Source of the DNA: Takakia lepidozioides
Lineage: Eukaryota > Plantae > Bryophyta
DNA length: 64,000 nucleotides
Assembly (NCBI GenBank): GCA_030704615.1
Contig: CM060731.1
Coordinates: forward strand, 10,230,001-10,294,000
Reading direction: 5' to 3'
Under the pieces are notes generated by a model. It searched no databases. It saw only the letters and a list, made by a program, of their open reading frames with translations, and was not told the origin of the DNA. The stretch's first letter is position 1; every line of letters starts with the position of its first letter. A program made the position numbers and the translations under genes. This document shows, piece after piece, positions 25,496-37,455 of the stretch.

Positions 25496-28400
25496 GTGGT
25501 ATCATCGACCGCTCCAACTCATCGCATGTTTGAATCGCCCAACTTGGGGCGAGAGGGCAAACTTCAACCTTTTGTTGGTGGACGGGAGGACCTGCAGCGA
25601 GGGTACGACAGAATAGGCATTGGGGAGGTTGGTGCAAGCGGCATGGTAGGTGAAGGGCGTGAGGACGTGAGGACAGCAGATCCGGCAATGGAGGTTGTTG
25701 ATGCACATGCAGTAGGGCCCGCCCACGCAAAGAAGAAGAAGAAAGCTACGCACATGCAATCCCCGGCGAGAGAGCCGTCACGGGCTGCGGAGGGGGGAGT
25801 GAGCAGTGCGCGCGAGGGTGTTCCTTTCTCCTCAATCAAAGTGGTCGTCCTGGAGGGCTCCCCTGCTGCTAGCCCTAGTAAGAAACAGAAAGCCCGTGAG
25901 AGGGCAAAAGAACAGGCGAGACAGAAGGCTAGCCAGGAGGAAAGAGAAAAGGCCACTGAAGAGGCCAGGGGTGCCCAAATGACAGATGCCAATGTAAGCG
26001 AGGGACGCACAGAGACGGTGGATCCCTCCAAGACACCACAAAGAGGCAGTAACACACCGGTTACACCATCGCGGACAAGAGTAGCCCCCGCAATTACCCA
26101 TACGGTGGAGAGTGGAGGAGAGGAAAGAACACCACAAAGAGCACGGATTGTGCAAGTTCGAGGTGAAGCCGGGGAGATGGCAGTAGAGACAGGGAGAGTG
26201 CTCGAGGTGGTTTTGCCGGTGGTTCACCATGTTGAGGAGGACGACACCGAGCTTTCTGACCAGGATGACATCCTCCGGACATCCCCAGGCCCCAAACCCG
26301 CAGCATACAGGCTGGATTTGGTGGTCCTGGTGGGCTGCCGGAGAACCCCTCTGCAGCAGACGTCATGTCTAAGGCGGATATGAAGTTGGCCGCTGCCAAG
26401 ATGTTGGAGGCAACCCACAGCAACATTGGCAGGGTGCTGGGGGGCATGGTGTACCCGGCCAAGCTTCGAATTCCCCTTTGCCGTTTGGTGTCTTTGCAAG
26501 TGGTGAGACCTGCCCTCCCGGCGATATCGACAAGCTGAAATTCTCTTTCGGGGATGGATATCGAATGGGGTCTGCCGCGTTTTACGTTTCCATTGAGAAC
26601 GACCACGGAGCTTCCCGTGCCCACACTTCCGATGAGGTGGACAAATGGGGTCCCCATTGGCAAAGGCGAAATGATGAGTTCGAGAGATCGATTGTTACTG
26701 ATCATTTTTTCCAGCACTTGTCCGGGAAGATATTTTACGTGTGGGACGGCAATCATCGCCTCCTGGCATGGATGGAGCACATAGCCAAAGCCCACCCCAA
26801 CGACCTCGATTGGCATTTCGCCGTGGAGTGTGTTGTGTTGAAGTTGCGGGCCCAAAGATCGCAGTCTTCTCAAAGCTGCAATGGCGGACATCAACTCGTA
26901 AGTTACAACGCCTCTTGCTTTTGGACCCATCCGATTGTAAGTCATTTCATTGCGAATCCTCATATTTGTTGTAAATTCCCATTTCATAATTGTTTGATGG
27001 AAATGTGGCATTGCAGGGTGACTAAGAATGCCTTCATTGCCACCAACTTGTCCCATATGCTCTTCCGAGTGAAGGATGTCGGGAAGCAGGGTGTGCAAGA
27101 GTTTGCCAATTCGCTCAGTGCCGACCTCCTGCGCAAGTCGGAAGTTAAGGCAGACAGAACCTGGTATAGGCTGAGCATGGACGCCATGGTGGACTACATA
27201 TTTCGGGTAAAGCTCCTAACTGTTTTGTTGAGCTAATCTGTCTCTCCTCCCCCAATAGAAGAAAAAGTGTTGAGCAGGATCTCTAATCTTATGTGCGCAT
27301 TCTTGACAGACAAAATTCAGCAGGATTTGGCACATGCGCGGAGGTTCTACATGGAGTCAGAGGAGAAGAATCTAACCCTCCCGCACTCGAATTGTATCTC
27401 AAAGCTGCGGAGGTGAGGGCCCGCATAAAGTACAAGTCGCGGATGGTAAAGTACGTGGCCATAGCTGATCCCGCCCTTGGTGCCGACTTTCTGGTGGAGG
27501 TGGGGAGCACTACTCCCGCGCTCTGAAGCCCACGATGACATTGGAGAAGCTCCATCGTCTAGCCACATCCTGTGTGGATGGTGCAGAAAAGTGATACATT
27601 CTTAACCAAATTGTGTGGCAACAACTCGTTTTTGTGGTGTTTGGCGCTTACGAATATGCTGGGTGGTTGGACAGACACGGTGGCTCCAGATCTGGAATGG
27701 TTCCCAAAGTACAAGGGACATGTGGAGCTTCCCCAAACCGGACAAACTGTCTGACCCCACATTCGACATGTGGATGAACCGCATGACATGGTGGTTTCAG
27801 GTACTTCCCCACGCTCCGTTTGGCGCTTCTACTCTTGTAGGGGGTGGATTCATTGTATTTTTTCAGCAATGCGATCTGATGGAGAATCTCCACAGGTGAC
27901 GACGAATGCGCAAGAGCAGCTGGACACACAAGCACATCAGTTCAAGATGGAGATTTCTCCTGCAGCAGAGAGCCTACGCGACTATGTGACGAGGTACTTT
28001 CTGCTCTACAAAACCGACCTATTCTTTCGGGAGATACCACATGCCCGCCGGAGCCAGGAGTTCACCGACCAGCCGAACGCGGACAAAACAACAATGCGCC
28101 TTCTGTACAGGTACATACGCGATGCCTTCCTTTCAGTCCTTGCATTTTTCGCCGAATTTCCAGATCAGGGCTCCGAAAATGGCTAAGTCCCTAGGGTGGC
28201 TGGCCCTGAACTGGAAGTTCGGCTCCATTTTTCCAGGTCAAGGCCATATGGGACAGCCACTTTCGGGCCGGACCTAGGAAAATGGCGCCGAATTTCCAGT
28301 CAGGGCTCCGAAAATGGCTAAGTCCCTAGGGTGGCTGGCCCTGAACTGGAAATTCGGCGCCATTTTTCCAGTTCTGGGCCCTATTGCCGTTCTGGGACTT

Positions 28401-31093
28401 AGCCATTTTCGGGCTGGACCTGGGAAAATGGCGCCGAATTTCCAGTCAGGGCTCCGAAAATGGCTAAATCCCTAGGGTGGCTGGCCCTGAACTGGAAATT
28501 CGGCGCCATTTTTTCCAGTTCTGGGCCATATTGCCCTTGTGGGACTTGGCCATTTTCGGGCCGGACCTGGGAAAATGGCGCCGAATTTCCAGTGAGGGCT
28601 CCAAAAATGGCTAAGTCCCTAGGATGGCTGGCTCTGAACTGGAAATTCGGCGCCATTTTTCCAGTTCTAGGCCCTATTGCCGTTCTGGGACTTAGCCATC
28701 TTCGGGCCAAACCGGGAAAAATGGCGCCGAATTTCCAGTTCAGGGCTCCCAAGATGGCTGTCCCTAGGGTGGCAGTCACCGAAAACCGAAATTCGGTGCC
28801 ATTTTTCCATTTCTAGGCCCAGTCAGATCCGCCCCAACCTGGGAAAATGGTGCCGAATTTGCAGTTTAGGGACCTCATTGTGTTTTTCATGAATGCAGGT
28901 ACTGCAAGTTCTCCCTTTTGGAGAAAGGTCATCTGTCTTTCGAGCCACCATTCTTCCTGGCATGGAGGAACCCTGGGGCTGACTCCATGTACACTGACGA
29001 TATTGTGAAGGAGTGGCATCTGGAACATTTGCGTGATTGCCCTTGGTATGTGGACCTTCCGCCCGGCATGCTCGACCCATCCGAGTTTCAATTGAAGCTG
29101 GATGCTAAGGCCTGACGAAACCGGGCTCCGCTGCCTCCGCTGGGTGCAAAAGAGGCAAAAGCGCTTGCGAACTCCAGGAAAGCGGCAGAGCTTGCTCAAG
29201 CATGAATTCAAGAGAAATTGAATGAGAAGAGTAAAGGTCAAAGGAAAAGGACAAGGAAACATGTGAGTGCAGTAACACCCAAAAAACAGAAAACCATCGG
29301 GGCATCGGAGCAGGCGTAGGAGGGGACCCAAGAGAGTGACTCGGACGACGACTTTGTTCAAGGTCCTGCGACTGCTGTTGCTGCTACCCAGTCACCGGTC
29401 GTCCGGGTTCCCAAGTCAGTTCGGAGTGGGACTGGCTGTGCCAAGAAGTTGGCATTTGAGGGCGAGCCTACACGGCGGTGACGTTTACGCACAGGCCAAA
29501 GCTAGAACCTCCAACCATCATCCAATGCGTCAATGAGAGATTCCTTGACGCTCTCGCTGCCAGGGCGAAGAAGGTGGCACACAGCAACTCTGGCGGAGCA
29601 GAAGGGGAAAGCTAAGAAGAGGGATGCCGGTACAGAGCCTAAAGACACCCCTGGTTTTGAAGCCATGATGGAATTCTTCACGGCTGTGAGCACGGATTCC
29701 AAGAGCACTCGGGGGGGGGGGGGGGGGGGGGGTGGTGGAGAGAGCTTGCGACATGATTCTCCTCGACATTCCAGATGGGGAGCTGCTGGAGGGCCTGGAT
29801 GGTGTGCCCACCTGGAACAGGTTTACTGAGGACTACTGGAAAGCCGGGTTTGGGCTGGCGGGGATGCTTCTGGATGACGGTGGATGTGTGGTTGTCATTG
29901 CCACAAGAGGGAAGACCACAGAGAATGCGGTGGCAAGGTGGACACCGAAAAGTGTCACCCCGGTCCTCCTCAGAAAATGGTTCTGCATCAATACACAGGG
30001 GTTGCGAACAGAGGGCCAAAGTGTAAGTTATCAATCTATTGCATTCACCTCATATTGTGGAGTATCTAAACAAGATCCCGGAGTTGATCCCTATTTTGTT
30101 GGATGTGCAGACATTGGTGTTTGAGGCATATTGCTTTGTGAAGAGAGGGTCTACGTTCAAATTCCGCAACGACGGTCGTCTTGTTGATGCTGCTGTGGAC
30201 CCTGTTACCTACGATGTCCTCTACAACTATGTGCCCCACTCCAGTATGCCGAAGGACACAAAGACAGGCAAACCGTGGCGGTACAGCCGGACCCGGAGCC
30301 CTGCACATGCGGCACGGGTAAGCCTTCATGTGCTCAATTTGTCCCCTGGCCCGATTGGAATTGCATGCCGCAAGCCATTAACCGCCCGCTTTGTTCCTCA
30401 GGTGCTTCAATGTGGGCAGGGACGTTGTCCGACATGCATGTGTTCGAGGGGGAGAAACAAGTTGGGATCGAGGCCGAGGAGCCCTTGGTGTACGAGTGAG
30501 TGGTCGCATTGTAAGTTGCCTCCAGATTTCGTGAGGCACCTCCCTTCGCTCTCTTATTTCATTGAAAACCCTTTCTGCTTCTGCTGGTATTGACATTCTT
30601 GAAATGGATTTGTTCTTACTGTAGGATGCCAAGTACGGCAGGAGGGACGTCTACACCGGAGTTCATGGGCAGGAGGAACGTGCCTTTTTTTGCCAGGGGG
30701 GATTTCATGCCTAGTCCAGAAAGGGACTACATCCTTCCTACTTATGCTACCCGGCTTGCTTCGGTGTCCATTAGGAGGTGTTCCGAACCTAGTCGTGTAC
30801 AACAGATTTTAGACGAGGCAAGCCTCAAGAAAATGAAGATGAGGGAGGAGGCAACAGCTATTAGAGCCCGTCGGGCTCGTAGATTTGTGTTGGATTCTGC
30901 TGAGGAAAGTGGGGGAGAAGAGGCAGAAGATTCCCAGGAGGTGAGGTGGACAGTCCCCCAAGGAGAGGACGGCATTTTTGAGAGGCATAGTGCAACCGAT
31001 GCATCACAGAGCTCGGAGGATGGGGGGGATGAGGGGGATGAGGGGGATGAGGAAGAAGGAGGGCCAAGTTCCTCGGAAGGTGTAGGAGAGTAG
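25496..31093 (+). pseudogene. Multi-exon cargo gene with a ParB/Srx-like domain and a beta-class N6A/N4C methyltransferase-like domain
   Basis: IPLCRLV..VRP..DIDKL..F..GY..FYVS...YVWDGNHRLLAW (DGNHR 26745-26759); DMILLDIPD...LLDDGGCVVV...W...FEAYCFVK...TCGTG/ASMWAG...VGIE. GT-AG introns at 26898-27016, 28111-28898, 30023-30110 and 30318-30401; several frameshifts. Confidence 0.62.
28145..28862. repeat. Intronic palindrome array B (about 146-bp unit, about 5 copies)
   Basis: GGAAAATGGCGCCGAATTTCC at about 28277, 28423, 28570 and 28715; each unit also carries the reverse complement. Confidence 0.9.
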
Positions 31094-31439
31094 TTCCCAT
31101 TCCTGCTATGACAGTTAGGACACACTTGTATAGACGTGGCTTGCCACCAAATTTGCAATAAAATGTTGCATTTCATTGCTATGACGAGTCCACATGACCC
31201 TATTTCCGTGCCTCCTAACCCTATTTCCGTGGACACAATTCGGCCCGCTCATGTTTTTTTTTTTTTCCGCTCATGCTCATGCCGCTCGTGAAATAACAGC
31301 CCCCTTCATTGGCCACGAAGTAAAGAGAGCAGTCAGCTGAATCACGGGCATTCTTTATAACTACCTATTCCATTTTCCCAAATCCAAATGTTGTTCACAC
31401 CAGATGGGCTCTCCAGTTGCCAAGAAAGGTTGTAGTTTT

Positions 31440-31698
31440 TCATTTACCCTTTTGCTATTTATCCTCCAAAAATATATATTTACCCGCGGGTAAAGGGTAT
31501 ATGGAAATTATTTACCTGTCACACGGATAAGGATAAGGGTATCTCAGATTATTTACCCGTCTGAAGGGTAATGATAAGGGTAAATGAAATGGGTTAATCC
31601 GGGTAAATCATTACCCTTATCCTGATTTATCCACCAGGTAAATTTGGGTAAATGATTTACTAAAAGGTTAGCAGACCCGCTTTCCTAACTGCCGCTCT
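31440..31698. repeat. TTTACCC/GGGTAAA repeat cluster, probable non-autonomous DNA transposon end (hAT-like)
   Basis: About a dozen TACCC/GGGTA motifs in both orientations, ending in CTGCCGCTCTA. Confidence 0.4.
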
Positions 31699-33151
31699 AA
31701 CTAACATTACCTTGGCCGTACCAAAATGTTAGCGTGTAATGGGAGTTGATATCCTGTGAGCACAACATGAGCATGCTCACGCTCATGTAAGCACAACCCA
31801 CGGTCATGGGAGTTTTATGTTGTTTAACCTCGGTCATGGGAGTCATATGTTTTCCAGGGGGGGTCATTATATGTATTTTTTCCATATCATGTGTATACAA
31901 AGATATATTTATACTAGGCTATATTTTTAAAATTTTGCATTTTTTTCCACCCTATCTTTAGGTAATATTGTAAAACCCTTTGTTTTCTAACACCCTATTT
32001 TATATATATATATTTGCAACAATTAATTAGACCCTATTTTAAATTATCATTTTAAATAATTACAAAATTTCAAAGCATATACACAAACAAGTACATTCCA
32101 TATAACATAAATCAAATGTCGGACCCAAGAAAAAGTTTAATTCTCATTAGCCACGACCTCATTCAAAGCCGCAACATCATTTGGATCTAAAGAGTACAAG
32201 TTTTGATATGGTTCAAATGTCATAGTCACTGTTGAGAATATGGTATCAACATCAATCCACTGTGTATCACTAGAATCATATTTGAACTTTAGGTGACCTC
32301 TACCTGATTTCATCATGAGGATTAGAGTTGAATGGAATATAATAAACTTCACAAGGATGGATACATTATACTGTAGATAAAACCCTTTATTACATTAACT
32401 TTTTAAGTAAAACTCTGGATTTTTGGTGACCCTTCTTTTAAAAAAATTGGGTGAAAAGATATTGCACTACCATATTTTCTAAATAAATTTTTTCTAAAAT
32501 TTACCTCAAAAAAATCACACCTTATATTTGTTCACACGTGGTTTTGAAAATACGGGGAGTGACCCCCCAAGATGTTTTCGACACGGAATAAAATCATAAG
32601 TGGGTATAGAAGACAAAGACATTTGTACGATACATCTGCTCCAAATTAGCAAGGCGAAACTTTCAGTAGTGTAGCCAACCTATAGCGGCGGCGGCGAGTT
32701 TCGCATTGAGAAATATTTGGTGATATGGGCACAAACCTAAGCATCCGTGGGTTTCGCATTGAGAAACCCTTAGTGGTATAGCTTGAGTCAAAACTTTCTA
32801 TACAAAATCCCATCACCCAACAATCCCACATCCCAAAGGAATGGGTGGGGACTTTAAAAGTGACCTATTCATCCTTTTAGCTACAGTATGACTTCTTCTC
32901 AGGCTGGGTTGTCTAGAGTTTCGCCGCGAAATTATCCTTAAATTTGGGGTGAAGCCTCACCGCCCACTCTTTGCGCCTGTTATGGAGAAAAAGCCACGCC
33001 TATAGGGTAACATATTGATCACGTATAGGGGCTACTTGTTCTTTATGTGCTAGTTTCGCCAATTTCGTTTTGTTGTAGAATATTCCATGGAAATATGCCC
33101 TTGTACTCATGCCAGCATGCTCACGCGTTACCCAACCTCGTGTGTAATGCA

Positions 33152-33270
33152 CTAGAGAACAGGCCGGGTAGGGCTGATTTTGCCCTGTAAGCGGCACTGG
33201 ACGAGGCCAGTAGACCGAGCCATGTGGCCGTGCATAGGGTAGAGTTGGCCCTACCCGGCCCGTTCACTGG
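33152..33270. repeat. Imperfect inverted repeat / tiny MITE
   Basis: TAGAGAACAGGCCGGGTAGGGC...GCCCTACCCGGCCCGTTCACTG, arms about 45 bp. Confidence 0.6.
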
Positions 33271-34959
33271 CGTTAAAAGCAAGTTGTGGAGTATTCTCGC
33301 CGCTACCTGGCGCAATCTAATTGGGCTTGAATTATCCCATGTCAATTGCCCATATTCAAAACCCCCTGGAGTGTCACATGACTATCATTGGCTTCAGGGT
33401 ATGGCGGCTGTGAGCTCAGACCAGCTCCAGAACCACTCCAAAGGACCAGCATAGTACCTCATAAACATCCATCAAAGTGATTGAATCCGCCAACCCATGT
33501 AAACTACTACTCATGCAAACTACAGTTAACAAAGGACATATGAGAGAGAAGTTACCACACCGGTTCACTCATTGAAGCAAGAATTGCGCCAAAGCCTGGG
33601 ATCTGCGGTGTCAGAGGCTTGAAGACCACCTTTCCTACTCCATTCACGCGCCAACTTTTCACCTGTGAGCACACAAACATTTCATATACGTGAACCTAAC
33701 CCCGGTGAGCTTCAAGGGAATGGTGGGAGAGGTGATGGGTGATTACATGTACCGAGGTAGTTGCATACTCGGCCATCTTGGGTGCATAATCGAATCCCAG
33801 CAGATTCGGCAGTACACCCTAGATTCAGCCCTGCCTGTTTTCCCTTGCCATTTTCCCTCGCCCCTTCCTCTACACCATAGCTAAAGGAGCAGTGAGAAGA
33901 CAAGTGAAATCAAGAGCTGAGTTGGTTGAAGAACTCGTTGCGCGAGCGAGACACTCACTTTTGCCTCACTTGATTTCTGTTTCTTCTAGATTTTTACATT
34001 CCCCGCCATCAGCAAACTTGCTCCTTCTGAAATTTTGTCGATGGGTCTCTGGACCCTCTATGATCATCACTCGGATGATAATTGGTATCCCCAGTTTCTT
34101 CACTCGTTGACATGTTGATATGCCCTTCAGATCTTGGCCTTTGGGCGACTCTCGGTGTAACTCCCCTTGGTCCCCAAGATCTCTTTCCACGAATTTCAGC
34201 CTTGCCATGTACACAGGCACACACCAAGTGATTGATCAATTCCTTGGCTGAAATCTTTGACTTGCCTGCTTCACTTCTTGGTTGACCACTTCTTAGTTGA
34301 CTTTTCGCAATCACTTCTTTATTGTACTCATTTTGTCTTGCCATACACTCTCCCACATCCCTGACTCAGCTCTTCACTTATGACTCTCAATATAATGTGA
34401 CTCCTTTCACTTGTCATATCAGGCCACTGGTGTGCACCTTTGTTACTGAAAGCCTCTTTTGAAAATTGCAGTTTGCCCTCCTTTTTGTTATACTCATGAT
34501 GTTTCTTCGTTTGTACTTCCTTCCACCTTTCGTACCCAGCCATATACTTGCTTTTGCACAATGATTGACCACCCATGATCTCTTTCCTACTTTTCCGGTT
34601 TTCTATTTGAATTTCCAGCTTTGTGGCTTCCTCCCACTTGTCATGTTTTTGACATACAGACATCCTTTAGTATAGGGGAAGTCATTGGCCAGAGGTACTT
34701 CCGCCTTGAGGTTTGCGAACGGGGGCATAGTCCGAGTGAGTGAGCAGACCTGAGAAAGGTGGAACCGAGGGTAGTGACTTTCCCTACATAAAGATTTTCC
34801 AACCTTTTTCTTTTCAGCTTATTTCTTCTAGAGAAAGACTCAATAAGGGGAAAAAGACAAGAAGTAAAGAAATAGCAAGGTAAAGAAATAAAACATAAAT
34901 AAAATAAAAGGGCCCAGCCTTACTGGGAAATTCCCTGTAAGATATCTTCCGCAGCCTAA

Positions 34960-35280
34960 GAGAGTCAGTTAATGACCAAGCTTATTGGCAACCTGCCTAG
35001 GAATTATCGACATCTCAAGACTGCTTGGGATAGTGTACCGGATGAGAAAAAGACTCTTGAGATACTCACACTGCGCATCCTCAAGGAGGGAGCAGCTGTC
35101 AAAGAAGATGAAATAGAATACACGCTTTCTATGCTCACAGGAATAGTGGAAGCGGTGGGAGTGCCGGACATCTGGAAGCAGTGGGATTGCCAGACAGTTT
35201 GAAAGTAGGGGGAATGACGACTTCACATTGAAAGTCTTAAGCAAAAGACGCGTTGCGGAAACTGTGGTGAAGTCGGTGTC
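34960..35280 (+). pseudogene. Ty1/copia gag fragment
   Basis: TKLIGNLPRNYRHLKTAWDSV..KTLEILTLRILKE (copia gag pattern) followed by KQKTRCGNCGEVG, the start of a knuckle. Confidence 0.7.
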
Positions 35281-37455
35281 TTATGGGGAATTTCCCAGTA
35301 AGACCTTGCATTGCAAAAATCTGCTCCAAAGATCCCTAAAAATACAAGGGAAAAAAGCTGGAAAGTCTTTACGCCTCTCCTTCTGACCCAAGGATCTGAT
35401 GGCAAAATGGCGAGAATGTGAAGCCCCATTGCATCCTAGGACCTAATTTATTTTTTCATCTGTTAGCCATATTTCATCCATCCCTGTATTTTTCGGCGAT
35501 TGTGGTTACAATCCGTTACAATCATGGTTCAGTTAGGGTTAAGCTAGTTGTTGGCTGCATCATAGCCGTTGCTCGCTTGATGGACTAGATCAGGCGCCGC
35601 ATGGTGGGCCTCTAGCGCCTCGCCACACGGCCGGCCATGAAGCCTCTAGGGTTTCTGTATAAGCCCACTGGTCAGGGGGTCTTTGTGGACGAGTGTATTC
35701 GTGTATTCCGGTGTGTATGAAGGTGTTGAGGCGTCAGTGCTACGCGTTGATCCTCCTCTTGCGCATTCGCTCGCTTTTCTTGCTTTGCCCCTTACAGTAC
35801 CTTGCTCATCTAAGAGGAACGGAGCATATCCTCTTGAGCTCAAATTGAGTCTTCATAGGGCCGAAATATTGGCGTGCCAGTTTAGATTTAGCACTACGGG
35901 AGGGGGGGCTGCTAAATTCGCCCTAAACTGTGTAAAGGATTATCTTAGAATAGATAATTGTAGTTAGCGCGGAAAGTGTGTAGCTAGCAATAATAGTTAG
36001 CACTAGCCTAACATGTGTCAGTAGGGGCCTAAGTTGTTTTCAATTCTGTGCAAAACTTGGTGTAGAGGAACCAGCCCATAACGTTCCCAATGAGTTCCCA
36101 TAGTAGAACACGACTTGTCTTTGAAGGCTACCATTGGGAGTCTGCCATAGGCTCTTCCATTACTGGACCTTCAATTACGTTTCCTACAACATATTTATAG
36201 TCCTGGCTATGCTTGCAAGGGTGCAAACGATATGGGATAATTATTTACAATGATCAAGTATTAAATGGAACAGATAGGTTAGTAAAAGGTTTGATGGAAG
36301 CAACTAACTGGTGAGCACTATAGTTAGGATTACACGAGGTTCCTGGATCGCAATCGCTGGCTTCCCATCCAAGCTCCACACGAGCCGCTGCGAGCGGCAG
36401 GCGAAGCAACCCGAGAGCATTGGGGTGAGGAAGTAATCACAATGATATGAAGAAGCTGAGGTTGAAGTTGACTTAGACTTCTATCGAGGCATGTAGAGGA
36501 GCAACGCAGTCTGGTAAGCAGGTCATGTTTCTTTCTGGCTTCGATGCGGACCTCCTTAACCAGAAATTATAAAATGGAGCATGACTCTGGACTTGTCTCT
36601 CACGTACTTCACTGATATGTGCATAATTATCTTAAGTTGAATAAAAAAAAGATTGTCCTGTCCAGGCAACGTCATCAGGAATGTTGTTATTGATTGTAGT
36701 ACACTGCACTTGAGAAAAGATCCACTCTATGAGCTGCACAATCTGAAGTAACCCGAAGTTTTCTAAACTTCTAGTTTTCGTTGTCTAAGCAGTCCTCCCT
36801 AGCTAGTACTCTAGAAACTCTAGATTCAGATAGTTATATGATCCAAAAAACGATTAAAATGTAGAACCGTTGATGGACACATGCAAGCCTATTCAAGTCT
36901 TTGGAATCTTTTTGGGAGGGACATCATTGTCTAGAATGGGCACGACCATCATATGCATTTCCTGTACTATCCAAGATTTTTCACCGGCATGATGATATAA
37001 AATTTGGTCACTCAGGCCTTATGGTCTAGCTTGAGAGCTACCGCTTAAGTCCTTGATCATAAGTTTGAACTATCTCTAGATCTGTAGCCATTGGACCGGA
37101 CCAGTTTTGGCTTAATCTAGACAGTATGAAAACACTTAAGTCTGTACATACGATCAACTGTGTTGAGAGGATTCAACTGGAATGATTGTTTTAAAAAATT
37201 CATCACATGTATGCAGCTAAGTTGGGGTAGACTCAACTTACAAGTTATATGAAAGAGTTCTTTACATTATATGTATATATGTGAAGTGCGTATATCCAAC
37301 CTTCCGTCCATCCCCATGTCGAATTGCAAGTATTGTACTACCGACTTGATTTTTAGTAGCGCGTCCGCCGCTATTCCAGTGAAGCACTTGGTTCTGTACA
37401 CTAAGGCTAATTAGCTAAAACTGGAGAAGAGCTCAGAATTAAGTAATTGAGAAAT

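Larger units (their letters stand above)
20346..31300. mobile_element. Large Mutator-like (MULE) element A with cargo gene; boundaries approximate
   Basis: Transposase on minus, divergent cargo gene on plus, the same palindrome motif between the genes and in a cargo intron, and a GCTCATG cluster at the right edge. Confidence 0.6.

Noticed and set aside
29711-29732. 22-G homopolymer in the cargo gene
   Set aside because: Most likely slippage or homopolymer-length error; no evidence of function.
33890-34760. Lys/Glu-rich minus-strand ORF fragments
   Set aside because: Probably decayed TE coding sequence but not assignable to a family.
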